64,000 nt of DNA from the human T2T-CHM13v2.0 reference genome, Homo sapiens: assembly GCF_009914755.1 (NCBI RefSeq), contig NC_060933.1, one strand, 5' to 3'. The position numbers and the translations under genes are program-made. Below the pieces are notes generated by a model. It did no database searches and was not told the origin of the DNA. It saw nothing but the letters and a program-made list of their open reading frames with translations. Positions 45,771 to 60,040 of the stretch are shown piece after piece (position 1 is the first letter of the stretch; each line of letters starts with the position of its first letter).

Positions 45771-46879
45771 ACCAAACAGATTTATGTGCTTTCTTTGGTT
45801 TATCTTGAGCATAATGGTCTAATGCTAAGGTATTTTATCATTATTTATCACTGGAAATGTGTTATATTATTATCTTTATGTGTGAAATAAAGGGAGCTCC
45901 TTTGACCTGGAACCAAGAGGAGAAAGTCATTTGAATGACTGTAATATCAGAACGTCTGACATGATCACTTCTTCTTACTGATATATGTATGACACATGCT
46001 TCTACAACACACATTTTAATCTGTCTTTTTTTGGACAAATTGGCAAATGATTGGTACATCTCTAGATGGTGTTACTCTAAAATTATTTGTGATATGTACA
46101 GTTTTCTAGAATGACTTACTAATTGTGATTCCACAGCTAACCTGGGGACAACACATAGTCAAATGGGCTTATGTAATGGGTCCAAAGGATAGAAATTTAG
46201 GAAGGCCTCAAAGGGGATTGAGGTAGTATTTTGTATTACCTAGATAAGCATTATGAATTTGGAATTATAGCAGCTCTAGGATTAGATATTTAGCCTACCA
46301 TCTTGAATTTCTCCAATACAGTGTCCCCAAATGATACCTTCTCTTTCTTTACCTTTCCTCAGGTTGATATGTAGGATCTATATAATCTGTGTATTTTCCT
46401 GTTGACCCACAGATGGATCAACCTGCTCTAGTAAATGTCTTTATTAACAGATGCTAAAGACAAAATACCAAGAGAGAATGGAAAAATATGGGAGCAAATC
46501 TCCTAGGGCAATGGACAAAGAGTGCATTTTCTCTCTTAAATATATTACCTCTATGGTCTCTTCTTCAGTGCCTCTTTCTGCAGCCTTCTGCTTGATCCTC
46601 ATATTGTCTTGGGAGGATTTAGTTGCAAAATTCATATGTAAGTATTTTTCTTTGGGTTAAGCTAGTACAGAGACATTTATTAATGTCCACAGTGTAAGGT
46701 ACAGCAAGTGTCAAAAAATGTAATACTTTGCCAGCCAAATATTGTTGACCATTTATACTGATCCTATGACCCCCTCCAAAGGGGGCATAAATGCATAAAT
46801 GCAGAGAAAAGTGGGTTCTGGTAGTACTTGGGCCATAGTTAGAGAACAAGCTCATGACTGAGAACTGAGAGACAGATAC

Positions 46880-47050
46880 TAACATGCATTGAATGCCTAA
46901 GCACTATTCTAAGGTGTTTTATTCATATAATTTTTCAATAACAATACTGTGAACTAGGCATTTTATCTTCATATTACATATGAGGAAATTGATAACCCAG
47001 CTGGTTTAAGTAACTTGTCCAGGACTACACAGCCAGGTAGAGGCTGAACA
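46880..47050 (-). mobile_element. MIR
   Basis: 'tgaggaaattgataacccag...taagtaacttgtccaggactacacagc'. Confidence 0.7.
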
Positions 47051-48429
47051 ATATGGTTGTCAACAATACCGTGGATATTATACCTTTCTGATGTGGCATG
47101 GTGAGGATTTTCCAGGAAGAAGACACTTTGGGTGACTTCTCACCTTTGTTACCATCTGTTTTCGTGCTTGGTGAAATATTATGCATCACACTATTCCAGG
47201 CACCACTTCCTGCAAAGGCAGCCATTTCTCAAGTAACTCTTCTGTGTGACTAAGGCTGTTTATAGTGGTAGTTGAGACTGGCAGTTCAATAGTTAATGCC
47301 TGGTGGCATAAAGCATCCCACAGAGTGGAACCACTGAGTGAGAATTTCAGCATATTGGACTTTGGCAGACACAGGGTGAAGCAAATGAGCTTCCTGACAT
47401 AGGCAGGTATCCCATTCCATTTGACATCAATTGAAAAGCTTAAAGAATGTTCTAAACCTTCCCAATCTCTTCTCCTGCAGGGATAATATCACATGATTTC
47501 TGAGGAGAACAGAAAGTTTATTTTGTGCACTTTGAAAATTTAAGAACTCAGGTATAAGTTCTTATAATTTGAACAGTTCAACAGAATGTTCAGATAAAAG
47601 GTTGTGAAAGCTTTTTCCTTCCTGTTGTCTCTTTCAGTTATAATGGTTGAGAAGCCACTTTAAGTGAAAGACATTTCTTTCCTCTTTTCAAGATAAAGGC
47701 TCAAGCCCTAAGAATCTGCCAAAATAAACTATTTCACATAACAATTTATTCAGAAAAGAAGCACATGTGAAAATTTCTTAATTGTTCACAAAGCTCTCCT
47801 ACTTTCATATGTAAAGGAAGTATGAAAATGTAATAATAGTAAGTTGGAGCCTAATAAATTGTGATTGTTGAGAGAAAAACATAAAAACAGGCTTACTCAA
47901 GGTGAGTTCCATTTCTTTTTAATTACACCATTTTATTTGTTATGTCTACTCTCATGTATTCACAAGAAGCCTTGTCATCTTCTGTATGGCTGCCATGTCT
48001 TGCTTTCTTTTTAAATCTAAGATGACTGAAATTGAATGCATTCACCTCTTCTGAAAGCCCACTTTCACTCTTGGCCCTGTGATCCCACCAATTTTTAAAG
48101 GCATGGTACTATCCTTACCTACTGCAATTCATGGAACCATTTTAAAGTCCCCTTTCTGTTGGTTGCCTCTCCAAATAGTCACCCTTCTCTTAATTGACTT
48201 CCTCTCGTCTGCTCCAAACTTCATTCCTTCCCAAGCCTTGCAGTACGAGATTCAAAACTCCAATTTTTATTAACCAATCCCACTGCCTATGGAACTTCAT
48301 GATCCCTTATTTCTGGCCAGGCAGTTCTGGTCATGGTCCTTCTAAGGCATGATGACATTCCAGAAACTATTCTGCGTATCATTGAATTCAGTCCTCACCA
48401 TGAGTGCTGGCTGGTTGAGCATTGAACCC

Positions 48430-48610
48430 AGGCAGGTAATGGGCTTTATTGTGGGAATTTGGCAGGTAATGTAACCACTCCATGTGTTTGTCTCCTTATT
48501 TGTAAAATGAGGATAATTCTGGCATCTACCTCATTGGGTTATTGTGAGGATTTAATACAGGCATGTATTAACAGTTTCTAGCCCATAGGGTGTGTTCGGT
48601 AGATGTTGGC
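48430..48610 (+). mobile_element. MIR
   Basis: 'ccttatttgtaaaatgaggataat...tacctcattgggttattgtgaggatt'. Confidence 0.7.
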
Positions 48611-50129
48611 TGTTGGTATCAAATCATATAGAAGGAGACCCAAGCACAGACAGATTAGGCAATTGCCAAGATGCTGTAAAGTTAGTGAAGTTGCAGTTTG
48701 AATCATGTCTGACTTCAGTATCCACTTAAATATAATGCTATGTGGCTTCTCTTCACAGCATTTATACCTGCAGTCTCTTCTCAATTTCTTTACTTCAAGT
48801 AACAGCTTAGATCTCTGAACTATTAGTACTGCACTCTCCACCTCCTACCTCTGAGATGCCATGCAAACCATAGAGAGGTAGCAGGTGGCCCCAGTTTGTG
48901 CCTCTAGCCACAAGCCAGGAGGCTGTGATAGCCTGCTGCTGACTCCTCCTGGGCTCTGAACACCTTGAGTGAAACACCTGATTTAGGCAGGAGCAGGATA
49001 CCTGGATTGAGGACCTCAATGAGGTGAGCTGATCAATGCATTCTTTTTACGTCACAAAAGATTTCTAAAGAGGCACAACATGTATATTAGGATGCCAGAG
49101 CTGACAGAGAGACCCAGGGTCTACTTAGGGATCACACTCTGGTGAAAGTCAATTTTCAGTGCAGGGATCATGTTCATGGCTTGAAGATTCCTGTTATACT
49201 CCTGACAACTTCCAAACAAGTCAACTTCCAAACAAGAAAAAAACTGTTGAGATTCATGATTACTAGCACAGGACTAGGTTAAATAGTTTAGGAAGAGAAA
49301 AATGTCTAGAATGCTAGAAGAAAGAAAAGAAAGGATAAAACTAATGTTTATTATGTGAAGATCTTTTCTGTGCCAGGCACTATTTCAGATATTATCATAT
49401 ATTCATTAATTTGGTCCATAAAAATTTAATGAGCATTTTTTATGTTCCAGGATAGCCTCTGATAGGTCCTAAGGCACTGGGACTAATACAGCAGGCATGC
49501 TCTTTCCATTTATAGAGCTTAGATTCTTGCACAGGGAAAGATGTAGAGCAAACATTTATATATCCTTTTTTTCAACTTCTGAGAGGAAGGAATGTATTTC
49601 CATTTACGAATGTGGAAACTGAGTCCCAGAGAAGTGAGCTATCTTGCTTAATATCACAGGTCCATTAAGAAGCTAGGTTTTATATCCAGTTATTTCTAGA
49701 CATTAATTTTGATATTCTTCCATTTGTCACAGAATCTCTTCTGCCGTTAACTTTACGGTTAGCTTTGTAGCTAACATTAGATTAAACAATAAATTTGAGA
49801 GGCAAGCTAGTGAGATTTTGACATATATTGGATTGTTCTTCAGGAAACTAGCCAGATGCTTTTATTCAGCTTCCTAAAAATTTTCAATATCAGAGTTCTT
49901 AATAGTGACTCCTGCTTAAGCATCAGGTATATTAGGCACAATTATTTCTGAGTAGCTCAATAACAATAATTTTTTTCTACCAAATCCCTTAAAAGGTACA
50001 CATTGATTCAAAATAAAATTAGTTCCAAGTTTAATTGTCTGCCTCTCACCCCCAGGAAGTAGATTCCCACCGAAATGCCTGAAAAGATATAAAAATAAAG
50101 AATGCTTTTTATCTACACTAGAAAATAGA

Positions 50130-50780
<651 letters not shown>

Positions 50781-51019
50781 TTAATTAGAATAGGCTTGAG
50801 AAGGCTTCACTAACAACCTCAAATCTTAATCTGTGCATTTGTCACAACGAGGGTTTATTCCTCTCTCCTCTACTCTTTTATGTCTTTGTTAGGATATCAA
50901 CATTCTAGCAAAATCTTATCTGCAAAACTTTCTGGTCTTCTTCCTCTAATGCCACATTTTTAAATTCTCTGTTTTATTTTTCTTTATAGCTTTTTTAAAA
51001 CAATAGATCTGATTTGCCA

Positions 51020-51195
51020 TAAATTTATTATTCATTTATTGTTAGTTTCCCTGTTTCATACCACTAGAATGTAACTCTATGAAGGAAGAACTTTTTTCCT
51101 TTCATTTTTTGTTGCTATATTTTCATTGCCTAAAACAGGTTATGGGGCATGGTAGGCCCCAGATCAACCAAGATTTCCTGAGTGAATGAATTAAT
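51020..51195 (+). mobile_element. L2 3' end
   Basis: 'cactagaatgtaactctatgaagga...ggcatggtaggc...tgagtgaatgaat'. Confidence 0.7.
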
Positions 51196-51653
51196 TTAAT
51201 GATGAGGAAACTGAGGCTAGAGAGCACTATACATCTCATTCTGCCTCATTTTATATTTATCATTATGTTTTTGAGATCTTTCCATGTTGGTATACATAGA
51301 TCTAGCTAATTCCTTTTAACACAATATTATATAATTTGAATATGTCAATTTTTTTTTCTATTTCACCATAGATGAGCATTTAGGCTGTTTTCAATGTAAG
51401 ACTTTGGTGTTAAGTGTGGAGTAGAATGTTTTCAGTTGGCTCAGAAATGCAGAAATCGGTTAAGGTCTAAAGCTAAGGGCAAACATGCCTCACGTTCTCT
51501 TCATGGGACCATCATCCACAGGTACCATCTGCCTCTCTTCAGGCTTGCCCTCTCCCAACCGGGTATAATAAGGGGCCTGGAAGAGAGAAGGAGGTATCCT
51601 CTCGGGGAGTACTGTATTCACACAAGGAAGTTTTCTCCTTACTTACCTTGCGC

Positions 51654-51714
51654 TCTTTCTCTCTCTCTGTGTGTGTGGGGGGGGGGGGGCGGGGGCGGGG
51701 GCGGGGGCGAGGGG
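51654..51714. repeat. Compound microsatellite (CT)n(GT)n-G13-C(GGGGGC)3; G-quadruplex-capable, tandem GC boxes
   Basis: Seen directly: at least 4 runs of 5 or more G separated by single C. Confidence 0.9.
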
Positions 51715-53096
51715 AGAGGATAGCACATATCCCCTTCCTGAATCCTAGGAAAAGAGTCCACAAAAAATCATTTATGAAGTGCTGGGGTGCCAAGATTAAC
51801 TCCCCTATACTACATTTTGAGTCAGGGAAATTCTCTTCTGCAAGTTGCTGATGTCTGAGATGTTGGAGAAAAAGGAAGAGAATAGAGGATAGATCTAAGG
51901 GAAGGAGCACCTGGAAAGCTCCCAGAATCTTCTCTACTTGGCATGGCAAGGCCATGCTCTTTTTCTGTCTTTTAGGTGAAGAGTACATTTCTTTGGCACT
52001 CTCATTTAAAGGTTTGAGTTGAAATATTGTACATTCTGTGTTGGTCTTTCATCTTTCATCATTTACTTAAAAGTTGTTTTCTTTCTTCTTACTCTAACCA
52101 TGTTCTTCTAAAGGCCCAAAGTTTCAAGTGAAAGGACCAATATAAACGATTTCATGTGTGGTTGTGGAACTCTTTACTAGGAGGACACAATGTCTTTAAA
52201 ATATGAAATGAGGAAAACAATGCTGTATTCAGGAGCTCTAGTGGTACAAAAACAATTTTTGATTATTTATAACAAAATAGTCCTACTTGAGGGCTTTAAG
52301 TTAGATACCTAGAATAACTTTTAGATACATTAAAAACAGTTTCCAAGCTGCCTTTAAATTTTCCTGAGTATGATTTACTTTTTAATTAAAAATAACACTC
52401 AAAATATATTTAAAGTGATTAAAAGTATCAGATCATAATGCAATATGACGACATCATTTATATATAATTAGTTAATAAGGTATTTCCGATTGAATCTCAT
52501 TATTTACATTGATCGTGCCATTTCTGGATTGTTCATATCTTCTACCAGACTCCCTACATATAAAATGTTTTGTAATTATTATGTTTTCCACAAGTGTTGG
52601 GATAGTTAATGCTTGTGAATGTTTCTTAAAAGACGTAAGAGTTTTTATTTAAGTTATAGTGGATGTAAATCATGCACTTAAGTTTCTGAATATTCACCCT
52701 GTGATTTCCTCTGACTCTTTTCCAGATCCTCTTATTGCATATTGTACTTGAATGGACTCTCATTGCCAAAGTTTTGATTAAGTAAATGTCGTAACTGGAA
52801 ATTAAATTATAAGCACTTATCAAATTGCCGTCAAGTGATATTGATCTTTAAATGTAACCTATATATTCAATGCAGCATGTAAGGTGTGGGCTTGCTATCT
52901 ATGAAATTAGCTGTAGGAATAAATTGGGTACACTACATTCTTCATCATGCTTTTAGTGTCCATTAAACCAATTACTAAAAAGTAGGAGGAGGGTGGATGA
53001 AGAAAGCCATTGTGAATGCTGGAGATTTTTAAATGTATAGTGTTACCAATGTGGAGAGGGCACTGCACTCTTCACTTCTTTATAGTTTCTCCTTAG

Positions 53097-53397
<301 letters not shown>

Positions 53398-54099
53398 AGG
53401 AATTCTTTTCTAAAGGAGTTTCTTTACTGCCCTTCATCAGATTCTACTGGGTGTCTCTAACTTACCGCATCTCAAACTGGTACTTCTCTGGAAAAATGCT
53501 ACTGTGGGCAGAATTTCCTTTACATTATGGCTCCTTGTGAGTTTTTGTCCAATCACAAGAGATTAGAGGAGCTGCTGCCAATATTTCTTCACCAGCCCCT
53601 TGCCCATCACCTTCTATTAGGGAGAACAGGTGTCCCACCAGACAGCTGTAACTGCTGAGGGGGCATCTGCAGCTGCCAGGATAGTACCAAGGTTCTGCAA
53701 ATCAATGGCCAGATTTCTGCCTGAAGGCACCAAGGTTTAGAATTTCCCGTACAGGGAAAATTACCTCCAACTCAGAAGGTGAAAAAGAACTTCATGGAGG
53801 CTACCTCCCTATGGGAACTCCTGCCAGCACACAGTGAAGCCCCGAGTTAATTGCATGTCAGCACTGACTTTCCTGTCAGGAGGACTGTGACAACTGGGTC
53901 ATGCTTATTTTAATCCCAGCTGAGGAAATTGGGGAATTAAAATAATTGCCTGGATATTTCTAAGTCAAACTGGAGCAGAAACCGAAGTTCACAGATAAAG
54001 CTTCTCTCCTGGCTAAATTTCATCTTACACTCACTTTATGCTTTCTCTCTCCTCCTCCCCGTCTCCTGTTCCACTCCTGCACTTCCCCCTGAAATACTG

Positions 54100-54300
54100 G
54101 ATGGTAGTGAAAAGAGCTTTGGAGTTAAAAAGATTGGCCTCACAACCTCAATTTTCCACTTATTTGCCAGCATCACTTTTGGCAAATAACTTTGTTTGTT
54201 GAGCCTCCATTTTTTCATCTATCAAATGTATTGTTGTGAGAATTAATGAGTTAAATTATGTGAACAGTCTTGAGTTTGGTACATCCTCAGTACATCATTA
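54100..54300 (+). mobile_element. MIR
   Basis: 'gtagtgaaaagagctttggagtt...tgagcctccattttttcatctatcaaatg'. Confidence 0.7.
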
Positions 54301-54809
54301 AAGACTAATACCTTTATCTTTCTCAATATTATTTCTCCATTTTATCCATACTAGGTCTTCACAGCTCCAGTCTACAAACTTTCAAAGCTTATCCCGATAC
54401 TCTGAGACCATAAAGGATTATTCAAACAATAAACCACATCAAGCACTGTTCAGCTACAGATAAATTTAATGCCATAGCTATTATCTCATTCATTGGCTAA
54501 CTGATTAATTGGTTGATGGATTCATTCATTGAAAAATTGTTTCATAAGCAACACTGTATTCTGGATGCTAGCTGTATCAGGAGCTGGGGAAGAGGACATC
54601 TTTTTAAGGAGATAAACAAGAGTTGAGTCTGGGATGGTAGAAAACTTCCTCAAAGAAAAACAGAAATGTGTTATACATGTATGGTACTTTATACAAGATT
54701 AACTTTCTGTACAAGACCAGTCATTAAATCCTGCCCCAAATCATTTGTTTGGTGGCTTTATATTTTCATCTCTTTGGCTTTCTCAAGGCAGGTATTTCAC
54801 GCTTTAAGC

Positions 54810-55020
54810 GGCAGAGTATAGAGGTATGTACACAGATATTAGAGTCTAGTTTACAACTACACTTTCTGGTTTTATAATTTAGTTTGATGTTTTAGTTACC
54901 CTCTCTGTGCTCAGTTTCCTCATTTGTAAAATGAGGCCTATCAAAGATAATCACTTGATAGGATTGTTGTGACACCTCAGAACAGTGCTGGGCACAAAAC
55001 ACTAAAGCATTAATAGTTAG
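54810..55020 (+). mobile_element. MIR
   Basis: 'ctctctgtgctcagtttcctcatttgtaaaatgagg...ggattgttgtga'. Confidence 0.75.
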
Positions 55021-55902
55021 CTCCAGAGTATTAGTAGTTAGTCCTAGAGTGTTAGTAGTTAGTACTGTAAATTAGTGTCTTTAATCTATGCTGGCATTGC
55101 ATCTTCTCTGGATTCTCACTAGTCCAAAATATTTTGCCCAGATTTGCTTTCTTTAATTTGTATTATAAAACAAGAGTATAAACAATCCTTCCTTCTAAAC
55201 AACACATATGACCTGAAGATTCCTAAAAACTTTCTCCTTCCCTCTCTCTAGTTCTCCTCCTTTAAGGAATTGCAGAAAGAAAGAAGTCAATAGAAAATAA
55301 AATGTTGAGTATTTAATGGGCTGTGGAGGGTGGTTAGTGATATATCTAAAAGTTAGTGATGATCTAAAAGCTGAAATTATTAAATAAAAAAGGCTGAATT
55401 ATTCCTGTAAGACCTTTGCTAGCACTAATGAAATGCAGTGGTCCCTTTCCCCCTGCAGAATACATCTGGTGCAATTTTCCCTTTGGCCATAAATTTATGC
55501 AGCCACAGACAGCTGACCAATAAATTCTTTGTTTAATTTCTCATAGTTCCCTGTTGAGAAGGGGTCTTTTCATATGATTAGACTTGATGTGAAAGAAAAT
55601 GACAACATTCTTATTCAGTTTTAATCATTATTTCCCTCTGTGTTATATATAATGTTTGGGTTATTTTAATATACTTCAGCAAAATGGGATAATTAAACAG
55701 AGTTCTAATTGATTTAATTGTCCCCATCTTTATAAAATGTGTTTATTTTAGTAGTATTGACTTTGAGAAAATGAAGGCATATATTTTATGTAATTATTTA
55801 ATTTTGTGATTCATACTCATGACATTAGGTAGCCTAGCTCCAAGATAGACTATACATACTCACTCATTGCATTTTCAGGTGCAGTGTTGCTCAGGGGAAG
55901 GA

Positions 55903-56160
55903 TTTTTTTTACTTTTATTTTAAGTTCAGGGGTACAAGTGCAGTTTTATTACATAGGTAAACTTGTGTCATGAGGGTTTGTTATACAGATTATTTCATCA
56001 CCCAGGTATTAAGCCTACTACACATTATTTATTTTTCCTCATCCTCTCCCTCCTCTCACCCTTATCCCTCTGAAAGGCCCCAATGTGTGTTGTTTCCCTC
56101 TGTGTGTCCATGTGTTCTCATCATTTAGATCCCACTTATAAGTTAGAACATGTGGTATTT
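55903..56160 (-). mobile_element. L1PA11-14-like 3' end
   Basis: 'ttttaagttcaggggtacaagtgcag...tttcatcacccaggtattaagccta...cccacttataagttagaacatg'. Confidence 0.9.
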
Positions 56161-56397
56161 TAACTGCTGTGTCTTAGGCTATCATGTGCTGTCCTGGAAG
56201 ACAGTCTGAAGCAACAGGTTGAAACTGATGGAGGTAAGTGCTATTCTTCCAGCTTCCTCTCTTCCTTTATGTGGAATTGAAACTCCTACTATAATCATTC
56301 TTCATCAGTTTTGTTTTGTTTTAATCACTTGGATCTACAATGTTTTAATTTTCACAGTTTCCAAGTTTTATTTAGAACTTTTACAATAAGCTCAATA

Positions 56398-56591
56398 GAA
56401 TGGTGTGTTGGTACATGGATTTCCAGGGGGAAAATGCCTTGGGTTGTAGCACATGTCACCATGATACCATGATGTTAATGGTATTGAAATCATGGCTGAT
56501 TTCAAAATACCAATATAACATCACTGAATGTGGAGTTGAAAATGTACATTCAGCACTCGAGAGCCAATGAAGCTGCTCTAGTATGCCACTG
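56398..56591 (+). mobile_element. MER63A-like hAT-Blackjack
   Basis: TIR-like ends 'aatggtgtgttggta' / 'tagtatgccactg' and internal 'catggctgatttcaa'. Confidence 0.7.
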
Positions 56592-56724
56592 CCTCTGTTG
56601 TTAACAAGATATATAATATATAAATATAAAATATCATTTCAATGTGTCATCAAAATCTTAAAGTTAATAATGAAATAATACATCCTTTTTTCATATTGTC
56701 TATGTGTGTATATATTTCTTAAAT

Positions 56725-56838
56725 AATTTTTTATTGATGTATAATAGATGTACATAGTTTCAGGGTACATGGGATAATTTAATACACTCATATAAAGATC
56801 AAATCAGTGTACCTGGGATATCTATCACCTTAAATATT
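56725..56838 (-). mobile_element. L1MA 3' tip
   Basis: 'tattgatgtataatagatgtacatagtttcagggtacatg...gggatatctatcaccttaaa'. Confidence 0.8.
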
Positions 56839-57709
56839 TTGACTAAGAAAACTTTAGTCAGTATTTCAAAATTATTCTACACTATTTGAAAAATATTTTA
56901 TATGTATATTATGTATGTATATATTTATGTACATACACACATATACCTACACACATGCACAGACCTCCTTTTCTTTTGTAGCTAGAATTTTAGGCATATT
57001 CATAACCTTGACAACTGAGTATCATGTGATTGCAAGTGAAATCCAGTATAACAGCTTTACTCCTTTGGATAAAATCTAAATGAATAAAGAGATTAGGCAT
57101 AAAACCTCTCCACAATTGGAGAGATGCCTTCTTCTCTTCTCAGGTTGCTTTTCTAACAAGCCAGGTGTTCTTGGACTAAAAAGAAAAAAAACAGAGCATT
57201 GTTCTGTTAACCTGGTTTTTAGTACTGCATTTAAATGAATAAAAGGTCTAATTGAACAGGCATCACTTTTCACACTTCCTGAAAGCAGATTCAGATTACT
57301 GTGAATTGTGATTTTGTAAGTTTTTTTTTTTTTTTTTTGGATCATTCAAGTACCACTCTCTAGGGAACAGCCCTTAGGTTGATTGAGGTTAGCCACAGCT
57401 AGCGACAGCTGTGGGGAAACTAGCAGTACCTTGACAATTCTGTCTTTATTATTCTGAACAGTGCTGATGTTTGGCAAAGAAGCTGCGTATGGTGCCTGGT
57501 GATGTTCAGCTGAGTGTGGGTATGTGTCTGTCCATGTTCTCCCGGTGTACCAGTGCCCTCTGGACTTCTGAGATCTTGTGGTTTACCAGGTGCGTGCAGC
57601 CATACACCAATGGCAGGAAGAAATAAACTGGCTTTGCTGCGGCTGAAAACCTAGTGTTTATGGAACAATTGAGGCTGATTCTTGTCGTTAAAAGGGATTA
57701 TAATGTCAA

Positions 57710-58257
<548 letters not shown>

Positions 58258-59179
58258 AATGTCATCATAGGTCCTCTGCATCTCCTTGCCATGCCATGGT
58301 GTTACCATGACGATGGAGCTAGGAAGCTTCAATAGGGACAAGATGCACTGGGGAGCCCTTCACCATCACAGACAGGAAAGTGTCCAGTCCTTAAAAGGAA
58401 AAAGAGGCAGCATCTCCTTCCAGAAGATAACTTGGGCAGATAATTACAATATGCGGCAGCAGAACGATTAGTCAGAAGAATTCCAATAAAAATAAATTCA
58501 CATGCTTTCAAAGTCCAGAAGGCCAAACCTGGGGCTTCCCTGGCCAAAAGGAGTCAGAAATCTTAAGTTGAAAAAGTTTAGTGAGAACAATCTATCAAGT
58601 CTGCCCTGTAAGCAAAGATGAATAGGGAAAAGCAACAGAACGTATTTTCTGCCAGGATTCCTACAAAGGCATCATTAAAACAAAAGATTGTAAAGTCTGT
58701 GAAACCGTCTGCTCTCTGACTTGGTGGAAAATGCTTAATTAGCAACATGTAGAGGTTAAAATACAGTTTACACTCTGTTTTATAAAAATGTCAGCATCTT
58801 TCTATGACCAATGTATTACACAGACCTATTGCAAATGATTATTCTTACTATAAAAGGATTCTCTACAGCAGAATCGTACCTAAGATCCCACTGTCACTTA
58901 AAAACCTAAAGAGTTGACAGTCCTTATTCTTCTATCTTTATATGAATGACAACTGGGGACAACACTAGAAATTGTAGAGACAGGAAATGGTAGCTGGGTG
59001 AGGGAGGGTCTAGATATCAGAAGAAAAAGGGCGGGGAAGATTTAGTGTGGTGAAGTTTGGTGTCTGGAATTGAATAGAACGTTAAGAAACAATCAGCTCC
59101 ATTGCAGGTCTTGGTCCTTGAACTGTATTTCTCACACTACACCCCACAGGCAATAGTTTTCCCTTCCGTGGCTTCAGCA

Positions 59180-59672
59180 AGATCTTTGAGGCTGAGGACT
59201 TGCAAGGCTCTGGCTCTAGGTTGTGGCTCTTTTTCTGAGTTGCAGACTCAAACTTCATCTCCCACCACACTCCTATTCATGACGAGCTACCTGCAGGACT
59301 TAGAACACACAATGCCTTTCCCCTTGCTGTTTCCTGTGCCTAGAATCCCATCTCTAATGCTAACCACTAACACCCCCACATCACTGCCTTTCCAACTTGC
59401 TAACTCCTCCAGATTCTTTTATACTCAGTTCCAATGAAGCTCTTCCTGGAAGCTTTCCCCATGTGTCTTTCTGATTTTTATGCTTTCCTTCTGGCATCCT
59501 TTGCCATTTCCTTCTCTCCCACAATACTTATCATAGTATACTATAATTGTGCATTAACTTATTTGTCTCTTTCCCCAAAACAAGAGCTCCTTGAGGGCTG
59601 GGGCTGAATGAAGTCCTATTCTTGTTACATTTTCAGTTCCTAGCTGAGGCATAGCGTGTACTCAATAGTTAC
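59180..59672 (+). mobile_element. L2 3' region; its tail continues after the provirus at about 62646-62680
   Basis: 'gagctccttgagggctgggg...gcatagcgtgtactcaatag', then 'gttggatggatgaataaatt' after the ERV. Confidence 0.7.
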
Positions 59673-59676
59673 ACGC

Positions 59677-60040
59677 TGTTATATGGTAAACACATGTGAC
59701 AGCAGTAACTTAAGCATCCCTGAGAATAATCCCTTGTGGCAGACACACCTGAAGCAATAACTTAAGCATAGCCTATATGGCAGACACACCTGACAGTAAT
59801 GACATAAGAAATGAGAGTTGCCACGTGGAGGTTGCTGGGAGGATGGCAACAAGTGAAAGTGGTATATAAATGGCATGGTGTTTACAAGTGGTTGTGATTC
59901 TCCCATTTAGCCTGCTGCCACTGGACTATCCTGTAAGTTCTCCCCAAATAAACCCTATGTTTTGTTCACTGGCTTTGCGTCTCTTCAGCCTCTTGAACCT
60001 GGTTCCCTTCCTATTGAGGTAAACACGGGTCCACCAGACA
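59677..60040 (+). mobile_element. 5' LTR of ERVL-class provirus (LTR47-like)
   Basis: Internal repeats 'taacttaagcat...tggcagacacacctga', TATA-like 'tatataaa', 'aataaa', ends in CA. Homologous to 61962-62645. Confidence 0.85.

Noticed and set aside
46451-46660. 69-aa ATG ORF with a hydrophobic stretch between splice-like sites
   Set aside because: No recognisable homology and no in-frame partner exon found; kept only as a possible non-coding exon.
51436-51988. Gly/Pro/Arg-rich overlapping ORFs
   Set aside because: Low complexity produced by the G-rich microsatellite; no recognisable domain.
58286-58314. Second X-box-like motif gttaccatgacgat
   Set aside because: Only one good half-site; plausible by chance.
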